Shown in pieces: positions 16,913 to 26,342 of a stretch of DNA of 57,869 bases (within the stretch, counting starts at the first letter, position 1; each line of letters begins with the position of its first letter). Under the pieces are notes generated by a model, which ran no database searches, had not been told where the DNA came from, and was given only the letters and a program-made list of their open reading frames with translations. The position numbers were made by a program, and so were the translations under genes. Location of the stretch: positions 1 through 57,869 of the forward strand of contig CAYMVU010000001.1 of assembly GCA_964394215.1 (NCBI GenBank). The letters are read 5' to 3'. The stretch is from an uncultured Gammaproteobacteria bacterium (lineage in GTDB: Bacteria; Patescibacteriota; Microgenomatia; UBA1406; GWC2-37-13).

Positions 16913-18097
16913 ATGCCTCATGCAGAACATGGTCATCAACCCGTTGAAATTTCCGCACATTATCAACAGGCTCTTGAAGCGATGATTGCTCATCAAGAGA
17001 GAGGTGTGACTATTTTCCGTGGAGGTCCTCTTGATCTTCGTCATAACGGTATTGAAGATGCATGGTTAACTCCAATTATTGTCTCGGATAATGATAGTCA
17101 TACAAGCTTTCATGCAATACAGATAAACGGCGGACAGGGTGAGATGCAAGGAGCTGATTTCGAACTGAATGTGGCAAGTGATATTGAACTCAAACTGGGA
17201 GATATTGATTCACCTCAGGTATCTGAACTAAACAGACTGCTGACAGAGCCTAGTGGCAGACCCCGAACTATTATCAGACCTAGTATTGCAGGTAATATTG
17301 CATATCCTGTCATTTCTACACCGGCTACGCTTGCTTCTCCAGATGTTCTTTTAGCTCGTGCTCAAAAGGCAGCCGGAATTTTTGGCTCCAGACTAGTTGC
17401 TGATAACTGTGATATCTATCATTTAAAGCAGGAAGTATTTGTCCCTGCGATGTCAACAGGCGATCTGACTATTGGAAAAGTACGACAGGTAAATGCTTCG
17501 TTTGGTGATGTCAATGTATACCCCGTGCATGTGAATGGTGGAGATCCATGGAAATACTATGAAATCATATCTGCTACACCTCTTGAAGATATCAGCAGAA
17601 AGGGTCCAATGACCATTCGTGTAGATTCGGGGTGTGATATCGGGCAATGTTATCATGACGGAGGGTGCGATTGTCGAACACAGCTTCATGATGCCCTCAG
17701 TGAAGCTCAAAATAAAGACGGTATTATCATTCACATCCCGTCACAAGATGGAAGAGGATATGGAATGGCGGCAAAAATGGCTACAGAAGGTGGGAAACGA
17801 GGTGTTGATGTCGGCTACAATGCCGGAATGCCACCGATGGATACGATAAAAGCGGCAACCGAGCTTCTTGGCCCAAATTATGATATCCGTACCTATGAAA
17901 GCGTAGGACAAATGTTAATGACACTTGGTTTTACAAGAGTTACCTTACTTACAGACAGCAGAAAAAAACTTTCAGCATTGGAGAAAGCAGGTTTGGAGGT
18001 TATTCGACAACCAACACAAACTCATAAAAACGGAAATCATCATGCTCATCATCACGTTATAGCCAAACATTCAACACCTGATTATTTTGCAGATTAA
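16913..18097 (+). CDS. GTP cyclohydrolase II-like protein with a long N-terminal extension (URC1-like?)
   Basis: IRVDSGCDIGQCYHDGGCDCRTQL (C..C.C zinc motif) and IIIHIPSQDGRGYGMAAKM parallel the RibA motifs HSEC...RCDCG.QL and QEGRGIGL. About 220 N-terminal residues are unassigned. Confidence 0.65.
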   Translation: MPHAEHGHQPVEISAHYQQALEAMIAHQERGVTIFRGGPLDLRHNGIEDAWLTPIIVSDNDSHTSFHAIQINGGQGEMQGADFELNVASDIELKLGDIDSPQVSELNRLLTEPSGRPRTIIRPSIAGNIAYPVISTPATLASPDVLLARAQKAAGIFGSRLVADNCDIYHLKQEVFVPAMSTGDLTIGKVRQVNASFGDVNVYPVHVNGGDPWKYYEIISATPLEDISRKGPMTIRVDSGCDIGQCYHDGGCDCRTQLHDALSEAQNKDGIIIHIPSQDGRGYGMAAKMATEGGKRGVDVGYNAGMPPMDTIKAATELLGPNYDIRTYESVGQMLMTLGFTRVTLLTDSRKKLSALEKAGLEVIRQPTQTHKNGNHHAHHHVIAKHSTPDYFAD

Positions 18098-18100
18098 CCT

Positions 18101-18895
18101 ATGATAGAAGCATATACAAACACAATTGAAATTCAAAATGCCCAGGCACTTGATGCCATGCAGCGACAATTCCGACAGATGGAAGCGGGGTTCGGAATTG
18201 TTTCTGATATTGATGAAACGGTTGTTGACACTGTAGGTCGGCATGTAGGATTTGTCACCCGTGCAGCACAACTTGCAGGTTTTAAAGGTACATTACCGAC
18301 ACTTGATGAAATAAAAGCTGCAGGAGGGACTGCAGAATATGCACGAATATTTGGAATGACAGCAGGTGAATGGGAAGAAATAATGATACGCGTTCGGGAA
18401 CGACGATTTGTTAATGAAAAAGCTGATCTTTATCATCAGGACACAGTACAAACACTGCTGAATGGAGGAGAGTTGTTGGGATTTTTGACTGCAAAACCGG
18501 GGACAGATCGTACGCTTGCTGCAACTCAGAGAGATCTCATTCATCGATTGGGTTTTCCGGATAGGCCGGTGATTCTCAGACCGAACTCTGTCCCGCTTTC
18601 CCAGACATCGGAGTGGAAAATTGAAACTCTTGCTGCCATTAAGGGTACGACGCCGAAAGGAATTGTCCTTGTTGATGACAGTCTCAGCACTGCCAAAGCA
18701 ATTATTGAACATAATCGTAAAGCCGGAGCCGTTGATATTATGCAGATTGTTTACAAAGGTCCGCTTACAGCACCGGCACTCGAATCAGGTACATTCGTCC
18801 CTGATGAATCACTCGGTATCTATGCCGCGGATTGGGATGAAATGCCCGAAGTATTTGATAGAATAAGAGAACAATGTCACCTTACCCAAAACTAG
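18101..18895 (+). CDS. HAD-superfamily hydrolase-like protein
   Basis: IVSDIDETVVDT (DxDxT motif I) and LVDDS near the C-terminus. Confidence 0.55.
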   Translation: MIEAYTNTIEIQNAQALDAMQRQFRQMEAGFGIVSDIDETVVDTVGRHVGFVTRAAQLAGFKGTLPTLDEIKAAGGTAEYARIFGMTAGEWEEIMIRVRERRFVNEKADLYHQDTVQTLLNGGELLGFLTAKPGTDRTLAATQRDLIHRLGFPDRPVILRPNSVPLSQTSEWKIETLAAIKGTTPKGIVLVDDSLSTAKAIIEHNRKAGAVDIMQIVYKGPLTAPALESGTFVPDESLGIYAADWDEMPEVFDRIREQCHLTQN

Positions 18896-19701
18896 TCATC
18901 ATAGGCTATACGAATATTGATATAAATATTACTCCGAAATCGCAGAGCACCTTACCGGGTGGAGCTGCTTACTTCGTTGCGTGTGCAGCTTCACTTCTTA
19001 CTTCAAATGTTGGCCTTGTCACAAGAGTAGGCTATGATTTTGATCCCACATTTTTGTTGTCACGAGTGGTTAAAGACGGAGTGCATATCATTCCTGAAAA
19101 AGAAACGGCAAAATCTATCCAAACATATTTCTCACTGAATGATCCGACTGACCGTGATGTGGTACTGAAAAAAGGAGTTGCCCAGGATCTCAATCCGAAA
19201 GACATTCCTGAAGGATGGCTTGAGAATGCCGAGATCATTCATGTCTCGACCATGCCGCCAGAATATCAGAAGGTATTTATCGAATATGTGAAGGAACATA
19301 AAGGAGAGAGAACATTACTCTCTACTGACACTGAGTTATCGTTTGTCAAAAACCCCCGCATGCGAAAACAAATTGTTAAGAATATGGAGTATCCCGACAT
19401 GGTATTTGTAAACAGACTGGAGTATGAACTGCTGAAAGAAGAAATGAAGCACATTGAACATGTGATCGTAAAGCTCGATAAAGACGGAGCTGTTTATCTT
19501 CATAACGGAAAAGAAGAATGCAGAGTGACTACAAAAAACACTGATGCAGTTGATTCTACCGGTGCAGGGGATATCTTCGCAGGCACGTTTTTAGCTGCAC
19601 GGGTCAACGGAGATACGATCGAGACGGCACTTCAGAAAGCCGCAGATGAAGCAACTCACTCCATTGAGCAGGAAGGAATTATGCACTTATTCGAAGAGTG
19701 A
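18874..19701 (+). CDS. PfkB-family carbohydrate/nucleoside kinase (ribokinase-like)
   Basis: LPGGAAYFVA near the N-terminus and DSTGAGDIFAGTFLA signature. Overlaps the upstream gene by 22 nt. Confidence 0.75.
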   Translation: MSPYPKLVIIGYTNIDINITPKSQSTLPGGAAYFVACAASLLTSNVGLVTRVGYDFDPTFLLSRVVKDGVHIIPEKETAKSIQTYFSLNDPTDRDVVLKKGVAQDLNPKDIPEGWLENAEIIHVSTMPPEYQKVFIEYVKEHKGERTLLSTDTELSFVKNPRMRKQIVKNMEYPDMVFVNRLEYELLKEEMKHIEHVIVKLDKDGAVYLHNGKEECRVTTKNTDAVDSTGAGDIFAGTFLAARVNGDTIETALQKAADEATHSIEQEGIMHLFEE

Positions 19702-20514
19702 TCGGATCGTTTTTCTATAATCTTCAACAACTTCTCTTGATTTATCTGCGAAATCTTCTGCCGGTGATGCAAAAATGACGCTTCGTGAAGCATTTACGAC
19801 AAACCGTTCTTTATTCGGAAAAAGCTTGAGATCTTCGATATTTCCGCCTTGTGCGCCAAGTCCTGCGGCAAGGAAAAACTGGTCATCCGGTGAAAGTTCT
19901 ATTATTCTTTTCAAAATACCGGGATAGGTGAGAGGTCCTTCCACAAGAATATTTCCTACTTTATCCCATGTCCCGACCACCATCTTTGTGAGATACTCAT
20001 ACAGTTTTTCCCCTGATTCAAGCGTGACATCCTGCAAGTCGCCCGCAGAAGGATTGGAGTCATGACAAAGTACAAAGACAGCTTTGTCTGCATAACTCAA
20101 AAACGGCTCTATAGTATCAAAACCGAACCAAGGGGTCACGGTCGTGGCATCGAATAAAAACTCATCAAACAGTTCCTTCGCGGCTAGTTCAGCCGTTCTC
20201 TGCATCTCGCTTCGCTTGGAGTCGGCAATAATTTTAACAGCAGGATATGTCTTCTTAATGTACTCATTTGTCTTTTTTAAAGCGACAAGACCGTCAATTC
20301 CGTATCCTGCGTAGCACACCATATTCAGTTTATATACAGGTGTAATATCGGCAGTCGCATCTATAATCTTTTTGTTGAATTGAAAAACGGCATCAGCAAG
20401 TGAAGTATTCTCTTTTACTGATTCAGGAAGTTTTTCATAATCTGAGTCCAATCCTACACAAATATTGGATTTTTTTTTCGCAATTTGTTCAGATAATTGA
20501 GTTTTGAAGATCAT
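19687..20514 (-). CDS. divergent orotidine-5'-phosphate-decarboxylase-family paralogue (type-2-like)
   Basis: NICVGLDSD, VYKLN, FVLCHDSNPSAGDLQ and VVNASRSVIFA align by eye with type-2 PyrF. The catalytic DAKRGDIG block reads ADSKRSEMQ. Confidence 0.6.
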   Translation of the reverse strand: MIFKTQLSEQIAKKKSNICVGLDSDYEKLPESVKENTSLADAVFQFNKKIIDATADITPVYKLNMVCYAGYGIDGLVALKKTNEYIKKTYPAVKIIADSKRSEMQRTAELAAKELFDEFLFDATTVTPWFGFDTIEPFLSYADKAVFVLCHDSNPSAGDLQDVTLESGEKLYEYLTKMVVGTWDKVGNILVEGPLTYPGILKRIIELSPDDQFFLAAGLGAQGGNIEDLKLFPNKERFVVNASRSVIFASPAEDFADKSREVVEDYRKTIRSLFE

Positions 20515-20523
20515 AGAGTAATA

Positions 20524-21384
20524 TTACCATTTCCCGTCAGGATGTACAGTGAAAAATACATAATCAGGCAGGTCCTGACGTTGTACCGGGAGACCGGGAA
20601 GTGAAAAATATTCACATCGTATACCGGAATTGTCGCCGTTTGAACTTTGCCAGTTTGATCCGGGTTTAATGACTACGGAAGACAGATGATAGAGAGGCTC
20701 ATAGTGGTGAGTGAGGAGAGTAAGATACATATCTCCAAGGCATACGGGAACGGTAGAGGTGACTGCAAACGGATTATCGGCGGATTCACCATAGACCGGC
20801 CGTAAGAACTGAGAGACTGCCTTACGGACGCTTCCGTTTTGCGGCATTTGAATTTCAGATCCTTCAGGGTCTACTTCATAAAACTCATCCTGATTTGTAC
20901 GAATGCCAAGAAGAGCATAATTATCCGTACAGCAAGGACGCTGGCCGGGTTTCCACTGAATCACACCCCGATGATCAGCCAGGACAAAATTGTTACCTGC
21001 AACATCAATAGAGTGTTTGACTGCCTCGAGGAGCTGATTGCCGTGAGTTGCTATGGAAGGCTCAAAAAGAGTACCGAGGGGCATATTCTGATCGACTCGT
21101 ATGGGTCGTGGTCCGTGGTTGACAAGGTCTGCGTAATATGTATTCCCTCCGTTGTTTTGCAGTGTCGTCATGTTAACGCCGATCTGTGCAAAGCGACTGC
21201 GGACGCTAAAATGCGGAAGGCGAGTGAAGCAGGGGTTATCCCCCTGAAGCATGACTTGTACAGCGTTTTCCTGACCTGGGGTAAAGGGTTCAAGCAGAGT
21301 CTCGTCACAAACAACAAGGTCATGTTCACCGTATCGGTATCCGAATTCTTTTCGTGCCTGTAATAGTTGCTCTACTTGGGACAT
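20524..21384 (-). CDS. hypothetical protein, possibly a dUTPase/dCTP-deaminase-like beta-barrel fold
   Basis: Segment SRFAQIGVNM...ADLVNHGPRPIRVDQNMPLGTLFE resembles the Dcd/Dut pattern by eye only. Start moved to ATG 21384 (MSQVEQ) to avoid overlapping the polX start. Confidence 0.5.
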   Translation of the reverse strand: MSQVEQLLQARKEFGYRYGEHDLVVCDETLLEPFTPGQENAVQVMLQGDNPCFTRLPHFSVRSRFAQIGVNMTTLQNNGGNTYYADLVNHGPRPIRVDQNMPLGTLFEPSIATHGNQLLEAVKHSIDVAGNNFVLADHRGVIQWKPGQRPCCTDNYALLGIRTNQDEFYEVDPEGSEIQMPQNGSVRKAVSQFLRPVYGESADNPFAVTSTVPVCLGDMYLTLLTHHYEPLYHLSSVVIKPGSNWQSSNGDNSGIRCEYFSLPGLPVQRQDLPDYVFFTVHPDGKW

Positions 21385-21475
21385 CTTTTCAGATTCATTA
21401 TACTTTAGTTTGAACTCAAATAACAGTACTTTCCTGCAGCGACTTTGATTCTTTTTCGCTATAATATCAGTATTC

Positions 21476-23329
21476 ATGGCTGAAGATATATACTCAAATA
21501 AACAGGTAGCTCATCTCCTTCGAAATATCGCCGCAGCGTATACATTGGTCGGAGATCCGACATCAAAAGACGGAAAAGTATCGCGTTTTAGGATTATAGC
21601 CTATGAAAAAGCCGCCGATGCGATAGAGCATCTTTCACGTGAGATTCGTGACATCTGGCAGGAAGGGAAGCTCTACAAAGTGCCGGGTATCGGTCCCGGT
21701 ATCGGATCGGCTCTCGAGGAGTTTTTTGAAAAAGGAGAGTCAACTCACTTTAATGATGTACTGAAAGGCATCCCACCTTCAGTCTTCAGACTTATGGATG
21801 TACCCGGGATCGGTCCGAAGAAAGCATTCCGTCTTGTCATGCATTTCGGTATAACTGATGCTGAGACGGTAATAAGTGATTTGCGTAACATTGCAAAAAC
21901 CGGACAAATTGCCGAGCTGGAGGGTTTCGGTCAGAAATCACAGGATGATATTATCGAGTCGCTTGATGTATATGAACGACAGGATCGAAGAGAAGAAAGA
22001 ATGCCTCTCCCGTATGCTTTTGAAGTTTCAGAAGAAATTTCAAAGCATCTGTCAGAACTTCCTGAAGTCCAGCAGATTGATTTACTCGGCTCTTTGCGTC
22101 GTCGAGTATCAACGATCGGGGATATTGATATCTCAGTGATGGCCGATATCGAAAATTCAAAAAAAATCGTTGATCACTTCCTCAAATACCCGGGCAAGAG
22201 ATCGATAGAGGGTGCAGGTGATCGTAAAGCCTCAATCCTCGCAGCAGGTAATGTCCGTATGGATCTTCGGGTGCAGGACAGGGAAAGTTACGGATCAATG
22301 CTGCAGTATTTTACCGGCAGCAAAGCACACAACATTCGATTACGGGAATATGCATTGAAAAAAGGTTATTCATTGTCAGAATACGGTTTGAAAGCAGCTC
22401 GCGGTACAACGTTGGTTCCGAAAGGAGAAGGAGTTGCAAAATCCAAGCATCCGGATGGAGAAGACATCCTGACCTTTGAGACGGAAGAAGCTCTATATGG
22501 ATTTTTGGGGCTTCAGTATATACCGCCTGAGATGAGAGAGGATGCCGGTGAGATTGAAATTGCAAAATCAGGTACCTTGCCTTCAGTTGTAAATCTGGAG
22601 CATATTAAAGGTGATTTCCATATTCACGGGTCATACGACCTGAAGCCGTCGCATGATCTGGGAATCAATGACTACAATGAATTGGTTGAAAAAGGAGCGT
22701 CTCTTGGTTATTCGTATATCGGTTTCGCAGATCACAACCCTAAACAAAGCGGACTTTCACCCGAAGAAATAGTTGCTATTATGAAAGACCGGAAGGCATA
22801 TATAGATCAAGTTCTTTCATCATCTAAAATTCCGTATTTTATCGGACTGGAAGTGGATATTCTTCCAACAGGTGAAATCGCGCTTCCTGAGAAAGCGTTA
22901 GAATATGTCGACTATCTGATTGTTTCCATTCATAGTTCTTTCAGGATGTCAATTGAGGAGATGACGGCGCGGGTACTTAAGGCACTTTCCTATCCGAAGG
23001 TACGTATTTTCGGTCACCCTACGGGTCGACTCCTGGGATCGCGTGAAGGGATTGACGTAAACTGGGACAAGGTGTTTCGTCATGTCATTGAACACGATAT
23101 CGCACTTGAAATAAATTCCGGTCCATCAAGGCTTGATCTTCCTGACACACTTGTTCGTGAGGCTCAAGAACTCGGAGCTAAATTTATTATAGATACAGAT
23201 GCACATGCCGCGTCAAACATGGACTGGATGAAGTATGGAGTATATGTGGCGCGTCGCGGTTGGGTTATTCCCCAGCAGGTTGTGAATACGTGGCAACCCG
23301 CAAAGTTTAAAAAATGGTTATTAAAATAA
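21476..23329 (+). CDS. polX: family X DNA polymerase with C-terminal PHP domain (PolX)
   Basis: HhH motifs (VPGIGPGIGSA, VPGIGPKKA), GSLRRRVSTIGDIDI nucleotidyltransferase motif, GDFHIHGSYD and FADHNP PHP motifs. 617 aa. Confidence 0.88.
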   Translation: MAEDIYSNKQVAHLLRNIAAAYTLVGDPTSKDGKVSRFRIIAYEKAADAIEHLSREIRDIWQEGKLYKVPGIGPGIGSALEEFFEKGESTHFNDVLKGIPPSVFRLMDVPGIGPKKAFRLVMHFGITDAETVISDLRNIAKTGQIAELEGFGQKSQDDIIESLDVYERQDRREERMPLPYAFEVSEEISKHLSELPEVQQIDLLGSLRRRVSTIGDIDISVMADIENSKKIVDHFLKYPGKRSIEGAGDRKASILAAGNVRMDLRVQDRESYGSMLQYFTGSKAHNIRLREYALKKGYSLSEYGLKAARGTTLVPKGEGVAKSKHPDGEDILTFETEEALYGFLGLQYIPPEMREDAGEIEIAKSGTLPSVVNLEHIKGDFHIHGSYDLKPSHDLGINDYNELVEKGASLGYSYIGFADHNPKQSGLSPEEIVAIMKDRKAYIDQVLSSSKIPYFIGLEVDILPTGEIALPEKALEYVDYLIVSIHSSFRMSIEEMTARVLKALSYPKVRIFGHPTGRLLGSREGIDVNWDKVFRHVIEHDIALEINSGPSRLDLPDTLVREAQELGAKFIIDTDAHAASNMDWMKYGVYVARRGWVIPQQVVNTWQPAKFKKWLLK

Positions 23330-23352
23330 GACATATGAACCATTATTAATTA

Positions 23353-23427
23353 TGTCATCCCGAATTTATTTCGGGATCTTATTGTTAAAGATGCTGAAAC
23401 ATCCGCCGGCCGGCGGACAGCATGACA
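23353..23427. repeat. pair of facing TGTCAT-hairpin repeats without cargo (MITE-like)
   Basis: TGTCATCCCGAATTTATTTCGGGATC (23353-23378), a 12-nt spacer, then the inverted copy whose reverse complement is TGTCATGCTGTCCGCCGGCCGGCGGATGTTTCAGCATC (23390-23427). Confidence 0.6.
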
Positions 23428-23438
23428 AATAGAGAATT

Positions 23439-24227
23439 ATGATCAGATTTATTCATATTTCAGATACTCATATCGGTCCGAATAAGGATTTTACTTTGCA
23501 GGGAGTCGCGACATTTCAGCCGTTTGAAAAAGTGTTGAAAGCAATTTCTTCATTACCGTTCAGACCGGATTTTATTGTCCATACGGGAGATATCGCGGCA
23601 GATCCTGATGAGCGGTCTTATGATTTATTCAATACAATGGCTAAGGATATTTCAATGCCCATCTACTATGTGGCTGGTAATCACGATGAGAGTGCTATGG
23701 TTCGGAATTTTTTGACAATGGGTCCAAAGGAAGATCTGATGAGCGATAAAGTTGTGTATCGGTTTGAAATGGGGAATCAACGGTTTTTGGCTCTGGACGG
23801 GCGAGGACCACGGGAAATTGATCCGCACGGGACAATCTCTGATGAACAATTTGCCGTAATAGAGCACGAACTGACAACTCAGAACTCACAACCTATAACT
23901 ATCTTCATCCATTTTCCGCTGCTTCCGATGGACTGTCCGTGGATAGATCGCGATATGCTTCTTTTTGAAGGAGAGCGATTGCATAAGCTGTTTGCGGCAC
24001 ATGCCGAAAAGGTTCACGGAGTATTTTTCGGCCATGTGCATCGGGGGACGCAGGTTGTGAAGGACGGTGTCAGATATTGTTCTGTTGCCAGCACATGCTT
24101 ACAGTTTGGATTGCTGCCGGATCAGAAACAGCCGAGTTTCGAGGATCATGGTAGGGGATATTTTAATGTGGTGTCTATTGAAAATGACGGGAAGATGGTG
24201 GTCAAAGAGCAAAGTGTGAAGTTGTAA
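23439..24227 (+). CDS. calcineurin-like metallophosphoesterase (CpdA-like)
   Basis: FIHISDTHIG, HTGDI, GNHD and GHVH motifs. Confidence 0.75.
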   Translation: MIRFIHISDTHIGPNKDFTLQGVATFQPFEKVLKAISSLPFRPDFIVHTGDIAADPDERSYDLFNTMAKDISMPIYYVAGNHDESAMVRNFLTMGPKEDLMSDKVVYRFEMGNQRFLALDGRGPREIDPHGTISDEQFAVIEHELTTQNSQPITIFIHFPLLPMDCPWIDRDMLLFEGERLHKLFAAHAEKVHGVFFGHVHRGTQVVKDGVRYCSVASTCLQFGLLPDQKQPSFEDHGRGYFNVVSIENDGKMVVKEQSVKL

Positions 24228-24433
24228 AGGAAATTATTTCCATCCGGAATCAAGTTCAGGATCTGAAAGTTACTCGCTCGTAACCGAAAATTTGTTCAGA
24301 AGTGAACTCGCTATTTTGTTATCGGCTCAAACATCCACTTCATTCACAAATTTTGATTACTTCGCGATTGATATCAAGTTTTGACTTAAAACATAAACTT
24401 TCGTTACTATTTCATGGTATGATGTAACCAAAT

Positions 24434-25354
24434 ATGGCAAATCTTTCAGTAAATCTCGCCGGAATTTCTCTTCAAAATCCGACAGTTTTAGCTTCCGGAA
24501 TTATGGGAGTAAGTGCTTCATCCCTGAAATTCGTTGAGGAAAACGGTGCCGGTGCAGTGACACTGAAATCAATCGGGCCGACCGAAAGAACGGGACACAA
24601 AAACCCGACGGTCTTCAGCTGGGGGGAGGGAATTCAGAATGCAGTTGGGCTCTCTAATCCCGGGATCGACGGATCGATCGAGAAGATCACTTCATCTGTT
24701 AAGCGTTTGGAGATCCCTGTATTCGGCAGTATGTTTGCCGACACGATCGATAATTTTAAACGGGTTGGTGAAAAAATGGCTGCAACGGGAGTTCCCGCTA
24801 TTGAGGTAAATTTATCATGTCCTAACACAGAAGATGACTTCGGCCGTATGTTTGCGCTCGATGCGACAATGACCTCAGATCTTATCAAAGCCGTAAAATC
24901 TGTAGTTGGTGATACAGCGGTATTTGCCAAGCTATCAGCTGACAGTCCCGACATTGCAGATATTGGGAAAGCTGCAGAAGCAGCCGGTGCCGATGCAGTT
25001 ACAGCAATCAATACGATCTCAGGAATGGTCATTGATATAAAAGAGAAAAGGCCGATTTTGACGAACAAAGTCGGCGGCATTTCGGGTCCTGCGATACTGC
25101 CGATGGGTGTTCGAGCTGTTTGGAATTTATATAATGCGGTAAAAATTCCGATCATTGGGACGGGTGGAATTAATACGGGTGAAGATGCAATAGAGTATAT
25201 TATGGCCGGTGCGACTGCCGTGGGGATCGGCTCAGGTGTGTATTATCGGGGAATTGACGTATTTAAAAAGATTTGTGGTGAGATGGGAGAGTTTATGGAT
25301 CGTGAAGGGTATAAGAATTTAGAGGAGATGAGGGGAGGAGCTCATTCAGTATAG
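24434..25354 (+). CDS. pyrD: dihydroorotate dehydrogenase, class 1B catalytic subunit
   Basis: NLSCPNT active-site Cys block and GTGGINTGEDAIEYIMAGA. TGGTATGAT extended -10 at 24415-24423 implies a near-leaderless mRNA. Confidence 0.88.
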   Translation: MANLSVNLAGISLQNPTVLASGIMGVSASSLKFVEENGAGAVTLKSIGPTERTGHKNPTVFSWGEGIQNAVGLSNPGIDGSIEKITSSVKRLEIPVFGSMFADTIDNFKRVGEKMAATGVPAIEVNLSCPNTEDDFGRMFALDATMTSDLIKAVKSVVGDTAVFAKLSADSPDIADIGKAAEAAGADAVTAINTISGMVIDIKEKRPILTNKVGGISGPAILPMGVRAVWNLYNAVKIPIIGTGGINTGEDAIEYIMAGATAVGIGSGVYYRGIDVFKKICGEMGEFMDREGYKNLEEMRGGAHSV

Positions 25355-25465
25355 GACACGCCGGCACGTTCCAGATTCTGATCTCGCTTAATCTTCCCGC
25401 CAGTGCTCTTTTCATTGCGCGCTGTCGGGACCCCTCCAGCTCGGCCACCTGTTCCGCAAAATTAT

Positions 25466-26290
25466 ATGAAAAATATGAAACAATACGACAAACCACTGGC
25501 AATAGCGATAAAAAAAATAATCACTGAGAGTGAGAGGGTGAAGACTTTCATTTTTGACTATGATTTTCCCGGAAAGCCGGGGCAGTTTGTGATGTGCTGG
25601 ATTCCCGGATTTGATGAGAAACCATTCGGATTGATAAAAAAAGACGGAGAAGGATTCCGTTTGGCGGTGGCAGCGGTCGGTGACAGCACGAAGGCAATGC
25701 ACATGATGGAAGAAGGAGATATGCTCGGGTTTCGGGGTCCGTATGGTTCGACGTTCACATTGCCTGAAAAGCCCGGAAGCATCGCTCTTATCGGCGGAGG
25801 ATACGGGATGGCACCTTTGTCGTATCTTTCTCAGGAGGCTCGAAAAAAAGGTCATGTCGTTCATTTATTTATCGGGGCTCGTAGTAAAAATGAGCTCCTG
25901 TATGTCGACTGGATGCAGGAAATCGGAGTAGAACTTCATATAGCGACCGATGACGGATCGGAAGGATATAAGGGTTTTAATACTGATCTTTTTGCCGAAT
26001 TTATACAAACAAATAATGTGGATTGCGCATATACGGTAGGACCGGAAATTATGGAGATGAAAATTGCCGGTGTTTGCTGGGACAAGAATATACCCTTTGA
26101 AGTTTCGCTTGAACGGTATATGAAATGCGGATTCGGCATCTGCGGACAATGTTGTGTCGATCCGACCGGTTGGAGAATGTGTGTGGAAGGTCCTGTGATT
26201 GACGGAGAGAAGCTAAAACAAATTGATGAATTCGGAAAGTATCATCGCACAGCTTCAGGAAAGGTTGAGAAGTATCCCTGGGTAAAATAG
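25466..26290 (+). CDS. pyrK: dihydroorotate dehydrogenase electron-transfer subunit
   Basis: FAD/NAD-binding ferredoxin-reductase-like fold (GGGYGMAPL) and C-terminal 2Fe-2S motif CGFGICGQCCV. I prefer ATG 25466 over the GTG at 25403. Confidence 0.8.
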   Translation: MKNMKQYDKPLAIAIKKIITESERVKTFIFDYDFPGKPGQFVMCWIPGFDEKPFGLIKKDGEGFRLAVAAVGDSTKAMHMMEEGDMLGFRGPYGSTFTLPEKPGSIALIGGGYGMAPLSYLSQEARKKGHVVHLFIGARSKNELLYVDWMQEIGVELHIATDDGSEGYKGFNTDLFAEFIQTNNVDCAYTVGPEIMEMKIAGVCWDKNIPFEVSLERYMKCGFGICGQCCVDPTGWRMCVEGPVIDGEKLKQIDEFGKYHRTASGKVEKYPWVK

Positions 26291-26342
26291 ACAGCATTTT
26301 GATGTATTTGGGTTAGTCTTTCGTCGGGTATATACTTACTTC

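Noticed and set aside
24287-24354. A long imperfect inverted repeat (AAAATTTGT..AAGTG / CACTT..ACAAATTTT) upstream of pyrD, considered as a PyrR-type attenuator.
   Set aside because: It lies upstream of the predicted pyrD promoter (TGGTATGAT at 24415-24423), lacks the PyrR binding-loop consensus, and ends in TTTT. It is more likely the terminator of the phosphoesterase gene.
25355-25465. A GC-rich 111-nt spacer between pyrD and pyrK, and the unusual pyrD-before-pyrK order.
   Set aside because: I could find no convincing hairpin, repeat or ORF (only a GTG-started extension of pyrK). That is insufficient evidence for a functional element.
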